A stretch of DNA of 64,000 nucleotides from Eledone cirrhosa (lineage: Eukaryota): contig OZ024748.1 in the NCBI GenBank assembly GCA_964016885.1, forward strand, positions 36,332,001 through 36,396,000, in the 5' to 3' direction. This document shows, piece after piece, positions 1-12,580 of this stretch; the stretch's first letter is position 1; each line of letters opens with the position of its first letter. Both the position numbers and the translations under genes were made by a program. The notes below the pieces were generated by a model, which saw only the letters and a program-made list of their open reading frames with translations, did not search any database and was not told the DNA's origin.

Positions 1-147
1 TTTTTTAATATTTTATCTTGACTCTGTATTCCGTTTATCTTTCACCGAAAGTGATTTTTCATTGCATCTCTTCTTTCCATGATATCCGGATTACATTGAG
101 TTCTTCATACGGATTGGACACTACCGTAAACTCTTCGTAGATTTATC

Positions 148-188
<41 letters not shown>

Positions 189-417
189 ACACACATACAT
201 ATATATACATATATACACACACACACATATACATACACACACACATATATATATATATATACATATATATTTATATATATATATATACATATACACACAT
301 ACATATATATATATATATATGCACATACACACACACATACACACCCATGTATATATACGCAACCACACACACACACACACACTCAGACATACATATATAT
401 AGAGACATACACACACA

Positions 418-459
<42 letters not shown>

Positions 460-1258
460 CACATGCATGTATTTTAATGTATTTTACTACCGAAGTCAAC
501 TCATACATTAAAATACATGCACAGGGCTTACGAAACATGAAACGGCATTAAATAAAATCAGCGTTAAATAAAATCAAGAAGAGAAGTTAAGTTGTCTTAC
601 ATGATATAAAGACATTAAAATATATTTCATAAAATTACATGAAATAATTACATAAATAAAATAGATATGATGAGAATCAACTGAGATAATGTGAAGAGGT
701 CCCCACATTGTTTGGGGCAGAAATGATTATGGACGGAGCAAGAAGCAGCCAAAGTTTTCTTGGAGCCTGTTTTTCATTAACACTATCGTTCGTGTTTCTT
801 TTGGCTATATTTTAACCTCTGCAATTAACACTTTGTCTTCCTAGAAGCTGTCCATCATTTCACTCAGGGAAACGTGATATTCTCTAGAGGGTTGCCAACC
901 AACAAACTATTCTTGCCATTTCAATTTAGTGGAGCTGCCTTTTTATTTCTTCTTTTGTTCTTGCATTCTACACAGTTCCCGAACGGGAGATGTGACTATT
1001 AATACAATCAGGTCAAGCACGTCCTTTCTTATTGTTGTTGCTTAACAGAGGTCCACACTGATCGATGTAAAACATTCAATCCCTGACAACTCCACTCTTT
1101 TTAGGTGAAGAGGATGTATTTATGTTGGATTACATTATGCAATGTGCCCGTCTTTTCTAAGACGCTAGCGTGTGATTTGATAGGATTGGCTGTTAGTTTT
1201 AGTAAGTCGAGCATCCACATAGAGGATCACTTTTATGCTGATAGTGGTATATTTGTGA

Positions 1259-1363
1259 CTATGTCAATTCTTTTGAAAGTGTTTTACATTGTGTTTGAGA
1301 CGGAACATTTGGGATGTTATCACATTTCTGAATTTGTGCGTTTCGGATCCGAGCAGATTTTCT
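1259..1363 (-). CDS. Candidate last coding exon of a minus-strand host gene (RKSARIRNAQIQKCDNIPNVPSQTQCKTLSKELT*)
   Basis: Strong acceptor ttttactttatttacttcag| on the minus strand, then 34 open codons in phase 0 to TAG. Phase matches the upstream exon at 2735-2791. The stop could be real or premature. Confidence 0.5.
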   Translation of the reverse strand, partial: RKSARIRNAQIQKCDNIPNVPSQTQCKTLSKELT

Positions 1364-1573
1364 CTGAAGTAAATAAAGTAAAATAAAAACAAATGAAAAA
1401 CAAGTACAAAAAAACATTATTTGACATAATTTTTTAATATAATTTTTGACAATTTTTTAAATATATTTTTTTTCCTCTCATCTGTATAACTTATGGTTGG
1501 TGTCTATTTTTAGTTCCTAATTTTGAAAATTGTGTAATCATTTTAGGCAGCAGAGGTATGTAACCACACACAC

Positions 1574-1629
<56 letters not shown>

Positions 1630-1632
<3 letters not shown>

Positions 1633-2085
1633 TTAAAAACGACAAAATATTGTTTAGAAAACTTAAGAGAAACACAAACATAAGGATGCTATAAAGCTGT
1701 GCTACCATGTCCGGGTTCAATTTCAGAAAAACAGGAAACACACACAAACGCATGTGCAAACAGAGACAGAGACAAGAATAAATAAAAAAATAAAATAAAA
1801 ATGGTGTAGGCATTACTATAAAATGGAAGGAAACATAATAGCACCACTGATGATGTCACAGATGTGTGACGAAAGAACTTTGATAGACTATATACATATA
1901 TTTATATCTGTATTTTTAACCGCTGGTCAATCAATGATAAACATTGATTACCAGATAAATTAACTATGGAGATATAAAAGATACAGAAGTGAAAACCAAC
2001 GCAAACCAAGCAGTGAGTGTGTTCTGTTATTATTTCTGGCAATATTATAACAATATGACCCTCCCCAAATATAACATTATATAAA
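1630..2085 (+). mobile_element. Penelope-like pLTR-type non-autonomous element, family H1, with hammerhead-like motif
   Basis: Homologous to copies near 39285-39780 (-), 42872-43195 (+), 46443-46720 (-), 46730-47013 (+) and a fragment at 49441-49505. The family ends in ...aatatgaccctccccaa(g/a)tataac, usually followed by (TA)n. Boundaries approximate. Confidence 0.6.
1843..1884 (+). ncRNA. Minimal type I hammerhead-like motif (family H1)
   Basis: CTGATGA-T-gtcaca-GATG-tgtgac-GAAAG-AA-CTT. Stem II covaries with other copies (gttgca/tgcaac). Stem I is weak. Confidence 0.6.
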
Positions 2086-2315
2086 TAATATTTTTTTTTT
2101 TTAAATTGGGCCCGAACATGGTAGCACAGCTTGATATATATATACACACACATATATATAAATACGCACACATATACATATACATATGTACGTATGGGTT
2201 ATCTTGAACATTAATAATAATGTTCAATTCATTTATTAAACAAACGGCCCAATTTGAAGCTGTGCCGTGCCAGTCACCGATCATCACCTGTTTGTTCAAC
2301 ATTGTCTTTGAGGAA

Positions 2316-2356
2316 CAATCAACATGTTTCTGGGTCATTACCTTTCATCAGGACTG
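2316..2356 (-). ncRNA. Minimal type I hammerhead-like motif (H2)
   Basis: Minus strand cagtc-CTGATGA-aaggt-aatg-accca-GAAA-CATG-TT-gattg. 5-bp stem I, palindromic ACAUGU stem III, GUU triplet, imperfect stem II. Confidence 0.55.
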
Positions 2357-2734
2357 TATACCCCTCCTAGTCTGTTGAACGGTTGAAAATGTATAGTATT
2401 TTCTTAAGTACACATTGGCTGAGTAGCCTCATATACATACCGAATGAGTTTCGGCTGGCCTGGCCGAATATTAAAAATAAAATTAGAATTTTATTTATAT
2501 AAATACTTCCAGAAAGACCACACCATCCTATGTACATGGATGTAGCTTTCCAATCCACCAACAAAAGACACGACCATGAACGACACCACTCCACAAACTG
2601 AGCACATTCCAAGTTAAGACATCAACATAGGTCACTTTTGCTATCATTTATGGTATATAGTGCCATCATAAATAGACTTATAGTACCCCAGACAGAGAAA
2701 TGTTAAATGATATTGATTGAGAAGATTTACTCAC

Positions 2735-2791
2735 CCGAGGAGGTTTTGATTTGTCTTTCTGAAACCAATTTGTAATTTTACTTAACAAACC
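2735..2791 (-). CDS. Candidate internal 57-nt exon (GLLSKITNWFQKDKSKPPR)
   Basis: Minus strand ttttttttgtttcag| acceptor and |gtgagt donor; 19 open codons, phase 0-0. Confidence 0.65.
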
Positions 2792-2858
2792 CTGAAACAA
2801 AAAAAAATTTAAAGATTGCTTAACAAATAAACATACACACACACACATGCATGGGTAT

Positions 2859-2910
<52 letters not shown>

Positions 2911-3050
2911 TAAGGTTTGTTGGTTCACCAGTGGATAGAACTGGTCATTCCGTATGGTCAATCCTGGTGTAATATTGTGAAGAGTACTCAACGCAGTGCA
3001 GTTCACCCATTTTCGTTTGTGAAGTTGGTGGTGCGAATACGGAGTTAATT

Positions 3051-3424
3051 ATAAATGAAGTAACAGGAGGCTATATATATACTATGATCATTTCAATGAC
3101 CGGTTCCATATGAATCCGATGATATCATCAGGTATTGGAATATAACAAAGGAATATGTAAAAAGCCATGGGTTCGAGAAACCAGAGACAGAGAAGGCAGC
3201 TGACCAACTAGCTTCGTGGCTGTGAAGCTAGTTGGTCAGCCGCCTTCTCTGTCTCTGGTTTCTCGGACCCATGGTTTTTCGGACCCATGGCTTTTTACAT
3301 ATTCCTTTGTTATATTCCAATACCTGATGATATCACCGGATTCATATGGAACCCGGTCATTGAAATGATCATAATAAACCTTTCAAGGATTTACACCAGT
3401 CCAGCCTCCTGTTACTACATTTAT
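3051..3424. mobile_element. Fold-back (inverted) Penelope-type element end with degenerate hammerhead-like motif (H3)
   Basis: Near-perfect inverted arms 3083-~3215 / ~3223-3373 plus outer arms 3051-3072 / 3403-3424. CTGATGA at 3324 and GAAA-TGATCA-TA at 3362 (palindromic AUGAUCAU); stem I does not pair well. Confidence 0.55.
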
Positions 3425-3798
3425 ATATATATATATAGCACATATATACACACACACATATATGTATATACATATATATATACATATACACACACACACA
3501 TATATATATATATACACACACACATACACGTATATATATACACACACACACGTATATATATACACACACGCACGTATATATATACACACACGCATACACG
3601 ATATATATATACACATACACGTATATATATACACACACATACACGTATATATATATATATATACACACACACATACACACATATATATACATACACACAC
3701 ATATATATATGCATCACACACACACACATACATATGCATGTGTGTGTGTGTATGTATATATATATATATGTGTATATATATATGTGTATGTGTGTGTA

Positions 3799-4429
3799 TC
3801 TATATATATAAAACTGAGGATGTCTGTCTGTGTGTGGTGTGTCTGTGAGTTTGAATCCCTAAAACTCAAGAAGTACTCAACCGACTTTTTTCAAACTTTA
3901 CATGTGTATTACTTATGCACATAAAAAATTCAACTTGATCCCCTAGTGTTTTTTCAGGTTTTTAGGGTTTTTAGTGTTTTTTCAGGTTTTTAGGGTTTTT
4001 ATTTTAGGTGTTACGTCATACCAGTTTCCTTGAAATTGTAACTAAGTATTAGTCAGTCTCTTCACACAGTGAACAAAGAAAATCCAACTTTTTTATGGCC
4101 TAGGGCTCGCATTAGGTGAAAAACTTTATTTTTTCAGCTTTTTTAGGTCTTTTTTGAGGCGCTATGTCTAGCCGAATTTCCCGAAACTTCAAGGCATATT
4201 ATGCACATAAAAAAAATTCATTTTCTTGATCCCCTAGGGCCCGCATTAGATGAAAACCTGCATTTTTCCTGTTTCATCGAGGAAAATCTTACAGATTATC
4301 CAGCCATCAGAGTATTCGGTTTATTTTCTTTACATATTGTCCAGGCATGCAGTTTTTCCACGATTAGGTCTGTTGGCGGCCCGCATTCCAAAATACCTTA
4401 TCCTGTGCAACGCCGGATCCCACTGCTAG
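3799..4429 (+). mobile_element. Non-autonomous Helitron-like element
   Basis: A|TC-tatatatataaaa 5' end, subterminal GC hairpin-like tcctgtgcaacgccgga, CTAG|T 3' end, no TSD. Confidence 0.65.
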
Positions 4430-4501
4430 TATATACTACAAAAGACTACTGGAGTCTGATACTAATATATATAACAAAAGACTACTAGTGTGATACTAAT
4501 A

Positions 4502-5501
4502 TCTGTATATATATAAAATTAAGTATGTGTGTGTGTCTGTGTATTACCTATAGGGGCCTACATCTTACGACCGATTTTCATGAAAATTTACAGGCTCATA
4601 GATTAGTCATCGGGGAGTGTTTTCTATATATATCAGCGTATCCTTTTTTTTTTTATTCCGGGGTCATTCTGCAGATAGGAATCGATAGGGCAGGTCACCT
4701 TTTTTTAGGTATCGAAAAATAAGATTTTGGGCTCTAGCTCCCACATTTTGCCACCGTTTTCGTTCGAATTTTAAAGCAAAATAGAATTTATCATTGCACA
4801 TCCTGTAATAGCTTTATATTTTGCATTTGTTGTTCAGGGACAGCGTGGCAGCCGCTTAAATATTCAAAAATACAACTTTTAGACTCAAATTTCCACTTTT
4901 TCGGCTCTAGCTCCCACATTAATCAACCTACTTTGTTCAAATTTTACACTACGCTAGATCTGATTATTTCACGTCTTAAAGTGGCTTTACATTTTAGATT
5001 TTTTGTTCAGGAACGGTGTGGCAGCCGCTTAAATATTCGAAAATACTACCTTTTCGCTCAAATTTCCGCCTTTTCGGCTCTAGCCCCCACATTTTTCAAC
5101 CGATTTCGTTCAAATTAGAAAGTTCAGCTCCAACTCACACATAAATCAATTTATTTTATACTACAGTAGAACCTATCATTGCACATCTTATAGATGGTCA
5201 AAGGCAAAACGATGGCCACTGACGTCGTCTGAGCTTTTAGTTGTGTATTTGAGAATTCATCGGTTTCCAATCAAGTAGCGTGAGGAAATTTGGCTTCGTG
5301 TTAGAGGTCATTACCTCCCTCCTCCAGCATGCCCCTTCTTCAGTCACCCGCTTTTCTCAGTGATAGAGGTCATCACCACCATCCTCCGCATGGCCTGTGT
5401 GTTGCCATAAATGAGTCATCGAGAAGCAGTCGCTAAGGTCAACACCTTTTCATCAAAGCAGGTATTTTACCTACCCAGGGAACGCTGGGTACTGCTGCTA
5501 G
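4502..5501 (+). mobile_element. Non-autonomous Helitron-like element (second family)
   Basis: A|TC-tgtatatatataaaa start, hairpin tacccag-ggaacg-ctgggta, CTAG|T end. Internal imperfect repeats (ttttcggctctagctcccacatt...). Confidence 0.65.
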
Positions 5502-5536
5502 TATATATATATATATATACATACACATGCACACAC

Positions 5537-5614
<78 letters not shown>

Positions 5615-5701
5615 ATACATATAATATATACATACACAAACATATATATATATATATACACATATATACATACACACATACATATATATATGTATATCAT
5701 A

Positions 5702-5737
<36 letters not shown>

Positions 5738-6367
5738 CATATATATTTGTGTGTGTATATACATATATGTATACATATATATATATACATATACATTTAT
5801 ATATATGTGTGTGTGTATATACATATATATATAATAAAATGTAAATAAGGTTCATTGATTACTCAATGAATGTAGTTTTACAATAGATTCAAAGCACTGA
5901 ACAGTGAAGTTTTCTGGGGTTAATATTATTCAAAATATTAATATATATATATACATATGTGTGTGTGTGTATATACATATATATATACATATATATATAT
6001 ACATATACATATATATATATGTGTGTGCATATACATACATATATATATACATATATATATATACATATACATATATATATATGTGTGTGCATATACATAT
6101 ATACATATATATACATATACATATATATATGTGCATATAGATATATATATACATATACATATATATATATGTGTGTGCATATACATATATATATACATAT
6201 ACATATATGTGTTTGCATATACATATATAAATATACATAAACATATATATACATATATATGTATATACGTATATATATATATACATATATATGTATACAT
6301 ATATATATGTATATACATATATATATACAAATATATATATACATATATATATACATACACATATATA

Positions 6368-6706
6368 GGAGGCACATGGCTTTGTGGTTAGAGCATTGGC
6401 CTTGCAATCGAAAGGTTGTGAGTTCAATTCTCAGACAGGGTGATGTATTGTTTCCTTGAGCAAGGCACTTTATTTCACATTGCTCCAGTTTACTCAGCTG
6501 TAAAAATGAGGTGATAGGGACTGGGATCCATATCATTCCACTCCAAAATGGTCGTAGTGGTGCCACAGCAAAAAAGCACCCAGCACTCACTGTAAACGAG
6601 GTTGGTGTTAGGAAGGGCATCCAGCGGTAGAAATCAAACCAGAATCAGTTCTCGTCCCATCCTTGCAAGCTGGGAAAAATCGGACATAAAATGAAATGAT
6701 GATGAT
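6368..6706 (+). mobile_element. tRNA-derived SINE with RTE-derived body and 3' tail
   Basis: A-box-like tggctttgtgg, B-box-like gagttcaattc, core ggtgttaggaagggcatccagc, tail ccttgcaagc..ggaaaa..cggac..aaatgatgat like the RTE 3' end at 39121-39179. Confidence 0.8.
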
Positions 6707-6725
6707 ATATATACATACATAGATA

Positions 6726-7111
6726 TCATCATCATCATCATCGTTTAACGTCCATCTTCCATGCTTGCATGGGTTTGGACGGGAGTTTTTCCACTTGAGG
6801 CAAGATTGGTTGTCTTGCTCGTATATAGGACTGTCTGGCGGGTTTTCTACGGCTGGATGCCCTTCCTAACACCAACCATGTTTACAGTGTGGACTGGGAG
6901 GTTTTTACTGTGTTACCTACACGGCCACATTACAGCGTGGACTGTGTGGTTTTTTTTTCGTGACACCTACACGACCTCATTTATTGCGGAATGGATGTTG
7001 TGGTACCAACAAAACTTTACATCGAAAAAGGTGGTGGGACGGGGGTGTAATTTTGTTAGAGGTGTAATAAACGGAGGTGTAATTTCGCTTTGTACTTAGG
7101 CAAGGCGGGTC

Positions 7112-7115
<4 letters not shown>
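6726..7115 (-). mobile_element. 3' fragment of RTE family B
   Basis: Homologous to 32936-33325 and 41325-41725; (GAT)n tail. Confidence 0.8.
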
Positions 7116-7116
<1 letters not shown>

Positions 7117-7142
<26 letters not shown>

Positions 7143-7895
7143 CATACATAAATATATATATATATATACATATATATACATATACATATATATACATATA
7201 CATATATATACATATACATACATATATATATATATACATACATACATACACATATATATACATATACATATATATACATATACATATATATACATATACA
7301 TACATATATATATATGCATATACATACATATATATATATGCATATACATACATATATATATATATATGCATATACATATATATGCATATACATATATATA
7401 CATGTATATACATATATACATATACATGTATATACATATATACATATATATATATATACATATATATACATATATATACATATATACACATATATATACA
7501 TATATACACATATATATACATATATACACATATACATACATATATACACATATATATATACATATACATATATACACATATACATATATACACATATATA
7601 TACATATATACACATATATATATATACACATATATACATTTATATACATATATATACATATATATACATATACACATATATATACATATACACATATATA
7701 TACATATACACATATATATATACATATATATAGATATACATATATATACATATATATACATATACATATATATACATATACATATATATACATATATATA
7801 CATATACATATATATACATATATATACATATACATATATATACATATACATATATATACATATACATACATATATATATATATATATATACATAT
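7117..7895. repeat. (TA)n/(TACATA)n microsatellite
   Basis: Direct inspection. Confidence 0.95.
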
Positions 7896-7981
7896 AGTAA
7901 TAATAATAAAATTGAAGACTAAAATCCAAAGAGGGCTCGATAAGGAAAATATATATCAAATATATAAGAACCGTAGAGCAA

Positions 7982-9435
7982 ATATTTATTAAAATAACAG
8001 ATTAAAGTTTAAGCAAAGAATCGCTGCTTTCACCCTTAACGGAATCTTCTGAAACTAACAAAGTCAATCTGTAAACGCAGAAGTGGATATTTCAAAAAAC
8101 GTTGCAGCCGGAGGAAGACAGGAAGACGATACTTTGGTTCGTGGTAACGTTCGCTGGCAAAGAACGGGAAAAAACGAATTATACGTCATTAATAGGAGCG
8201 GTGAAAAACAAGTACGCGCAAAGACAAAACCACGTTTATGGTATAAAAGAGGTCGTAGACTAATGTTCTCTTAGGTGGTGCATAGAGACGTTCTCTGGCA
8301 ATGAACGAAAAAACGAAGATAATAAGTCATATGTGGAGAACAATAGCACGCAAAGACAAAACCACGGCTTGTAAACATAAATTGCACAAAACTTTCCTGT
8401 ATTACAGCCCCACGTTATACCCTAACGGATAGCACGATCTATACGTGGATATTTTACGTCTTGATGTGGGAGATAAGTATATGTTTTGTTTATTCATTTA
8501 CTTATTTGCATAGGTAAGTATATATTACCCGTATGTTTTGTGAAGGTATGTATACCTTCTCGTACGTATATTTGACTGTTATAGCGTATAATTTTTACAT
8601 ATTCTGGTATTTAGGGTTTGGCTATGTGTATACGGGAGTTTTGCGTCCGCGTGAGTGTGCAGGTTCGTACGTATGGTGGGTGTGTGTATATGTGTACTTC
8701 TTGTTTTAGTTGACATACGTCTCCGAACATTCGTGTATTTATATGTAGGTATGCGTGTGCGCTCGTTATATACGTATTTATTTACTTATATACGTTTATA
8801 TAATTATTTATTTATTTGTACACAAGCATACACACACACACATATTTATATGTGCGTGGTTTTGTATACCCATGGTAAGGTTTTGCGTATGCTTGTGTAT
8901 GTACGTATCTGTTTGCGTGTATGTATTTATTTGTTCCTATTACTTCTGTATTGTATTTATCTACTTTGTTCTTAACTCTTTAGCGGAGATTCATTTGGTC
9001 TCCTAGTTAGAATTTTAGTCTACGATTTCTGCTATACCATTTACGTGATTTTGTCTTTGCGTGCTATTCTTCTCCACGCTCCACATATGACTTATTATCT
9101 TCGTCTTTTCGTTCATTGACAGAGAACGTCTCTATGCACCACCTAAGAGAACATTAGTCTACGACCTCTTTTATACCATAAACGTGGTTTTGTCTTTGCG
9201 CGTAATTGTTTTTCACCGCTCCTATTAATGACATATTATTCGTTTTTTCCCATTCTTTGCCAGCGAACGTTACCACGAACCAAAGTATCGTCTTCCTGTC
9301 TTCCTCCGGTTGCAACGTTTTTTGAAATATCCAGCTCTGCGTTTACAGATTGACTTTGTTAGTTTCAGAAGATCCCGTTAGGGGTGAAAGCAGCGATTCT
9401 TTGCTTAAACTTTAATCTGTTATTTTAATAAATAT
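7982..9435. mobile_element. Element with ~385-bp inverted repeats (7982-8366 / 9043-9435), Penelope-type inverted end or fold-back element
   Basis: atatttattaaaataacagattaaagttt... is the reverse complement of ...aaactttaatctgttattttaataaatat. Arms are highly similar, with a ~670-bp spacer, in a (TA)n context. Confidence 0.7.
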
Positions 9436-9575
9436 ATATACATATATATATATATACATATATATACATATATATATACATATACATATACATATACATA
9501 TATATATATATATATATATAAATATACATACATATATATAAATATACATATATATATACATATATATAAATATAC

Positions 9576-9620
<45 letters not shown>

Positions 9621-9653
9621 TGTATACATATATATATAAATATATATATATAC

Positions 9654-9714
<61 letters not shown>

Positions 9715-9899
9715 TACATAAATATACATATATACATATATACATATATATACATATATATACATATATATATATACATACATATATATACATATATATA
9801 CATATACATATATATATATATACCTATATATACATATACATATATATATATACATATATATACATATATATTACATACATATATATATATATTATATAC

Positions 9900-9930
<31 letters not shown>

Positions 9931-10135
9931 CATATATATATACATACATATATAATACATACATACATACATACATATATATATATACATACATACATAC
10001 ATATATATACATACATACATATACATACATACATACATATATATACATACATACATACATACATATATATATATATACATACATATATATACATATATAT
10101 GTATATATATGTATATACGTATATGTATATATATA

Positions 10136-10201
<66 letters not shown>

Positions 10202-10228
10202 ATGTATATATATATATGTATATATATG

Positions 10229-10266
<38 letters not shown>

Positions 10267-10350
10267 GTACGTTATTCCAGGTTGAATCGGAGGTAACCAC
10301 AGTAAGTAAGGTACTCAATACATAGCAGAGTATAACAGTTTTAATATAGA

Positions 10351-10405
10351 TGAGATTCTACAGGACTAGAACTGTTTCATTCTTTAGAAATCATCAGGAA
10401 TCTCA
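10351..10405 (-). ncRNA. Type I hammerhead ribozyme motif (H4)
   Basis: Minus strand tgagattc-CTGATGA-t-ttc-taaa-gaa-t-GAAA-CAG-ttctagtc-CTG-TA-gaatctca. 8-bp perfect stem I, 4-bp stem III, GUA triplet, weak stem II. Confidence 0.7.
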
Positions 10406-10434
10406 TATATATATATATATATATATATACATAC

Positions 10435-10465
<31 letters not shown>

Positions 10466-10518
10466 CATACATATATATATATACATATATATATATATAC
10501 ATATATATATATACATAC

Positions 10519-10549
<31 letters not shown>

Positions 10550-10553
10550 CATA

Positions 10554-10619
<66 letters not shown>

Positions 10620-10624
10620 CATAC

Positions 10625-10731
<107 letters not shown>

Positions 10732-10738
10732 CATATAC

Positions 10739-10786
<48 letters not shown>

Positions 10787-10856
10787 ATATATACATATAC
10801 ATATATATATACATATACATATATATATATATACATATACATATATATATTTATAC

Positions 10857-10894
<38 letters not shown>

Positions 10895-10992
10895 AAATAT
10901 ACATATATATACATATATATATATACATATACATACATATACATATATACATATATATATAGACATATATATACATATATATACATATATAC

Positions 10993-11085
<93 letters not shown>

Positions 11086-11251
11086 CATATATAAACATAT
11101 ATATATATACATATATAAAAATATATATATATACATATATAAACATATATATATATACATATATAAAAATATATATATATACATATATAAACATATTATA
11201 TATATACATATATAAAAAAATATATATACATATATAAACATATATATATAC

Positions 11252-11284
<33 letters not shown>

Positions 11285-11297
11285 CATATATATATAC

Positions 11298-11335
<38 letters not shown>

Positions 11336-11535
11336 ATATATACATATATATATACATATATATACATATATATACATATATATATATAACATATACATAT
11401 ACATATATATACATATATATATATACATATATATATACATATATATACATATATATATATACATATATATACATATATATACATATATATATATACTTTT
11501 ATATACATATATATATATATAATACATATATATAC

Positions 11536-11635
<100 letters not shown>

Positions 11636-11647
11636 ATATATACATAC

Positions 11648-11680
<33 letters not shown>

Positions 11681-11733
11681 CATGTACATATATATATATA
11701 TACATATACATATATATATATATACATACATAC

Positions 11734-11772
<39 letters not shown>

Positions 11773-12022
11773 CATATATATACATATATATACATATATA
11801 TACATATATATATACATATATATATACATATATATATACATATACATATATATATATATACATATATATATATACATATATATACATATATATATATACA
11901 TATATACATACAGATATATATACATATATATATACATATATATATACATATACATATATATATATACATATATATATATACATATATATACATATATATA
12001 TATACATATATACATACAGATA

Positions 12023-12054
<32 letters not shown>

Positions 12055-12097
12055 CATATATCTATCTATATATGTATACATACAAATATATACATAT

Positions 12098-12297
12098 NNN
12101 NNNNNNNNNNNNNNNNNNNNNNNNNNNNNNNNNNNNNNNNNNNNNNNNNNNNNNNNNNNNNNNNNNNNNNNNNNNNNNNNNNNNNNNNNNNNNNNNNNNN
12201 NNNNNNNNNNNNNNNNNNNNNNNNNNNNNNNNNNNNNNNNNNNNNNNNNNNNNNNNNNNNNNNNNNNNNNNNNNNNNNNNNNNNNNNNNNNNNNNNN
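12098..12297. other. Assembly gap (200 N)
   Basis: Run of N. Confidence 1.
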
Positions 12298-12397
12298 ATA
12301 TACTATATACGTATTATACATATAGTAGTATACATATAAGTATTATACATATATATCATATAATTATATATATATATTATACATATACTACTATATC

Positions 12398-12449
<52 letters not shown>

Positions 12450-12471
12450 ATATATATAATATACATATACA

Positions 12472-12503
<32 letters not shown>

Positions 12504-12580
12504 CTATATATATTATATACATATATATATATACAATCTTACATATACTATATATACATCTTATATACATATATATACAT

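Noticed and set aside
1546-1556. Plus-strand 9-nt microexon (tttag|gcagcagag|gtatgt)
   Set aside because: Isolated, with no partner exons on that strand.
6368-6440. tRNA gene
   Set aside because: A/B boxes are present but continue into a repeated SINE body; this is a SINE head.
9361-9400. Possible hammerhead (cagaaga-tccc-gtta-gggg-t-gaaa)
   Set aside because: Core is CAGAAGA in both arms, and there is no convincing stem I, stem III or NUH triplet.
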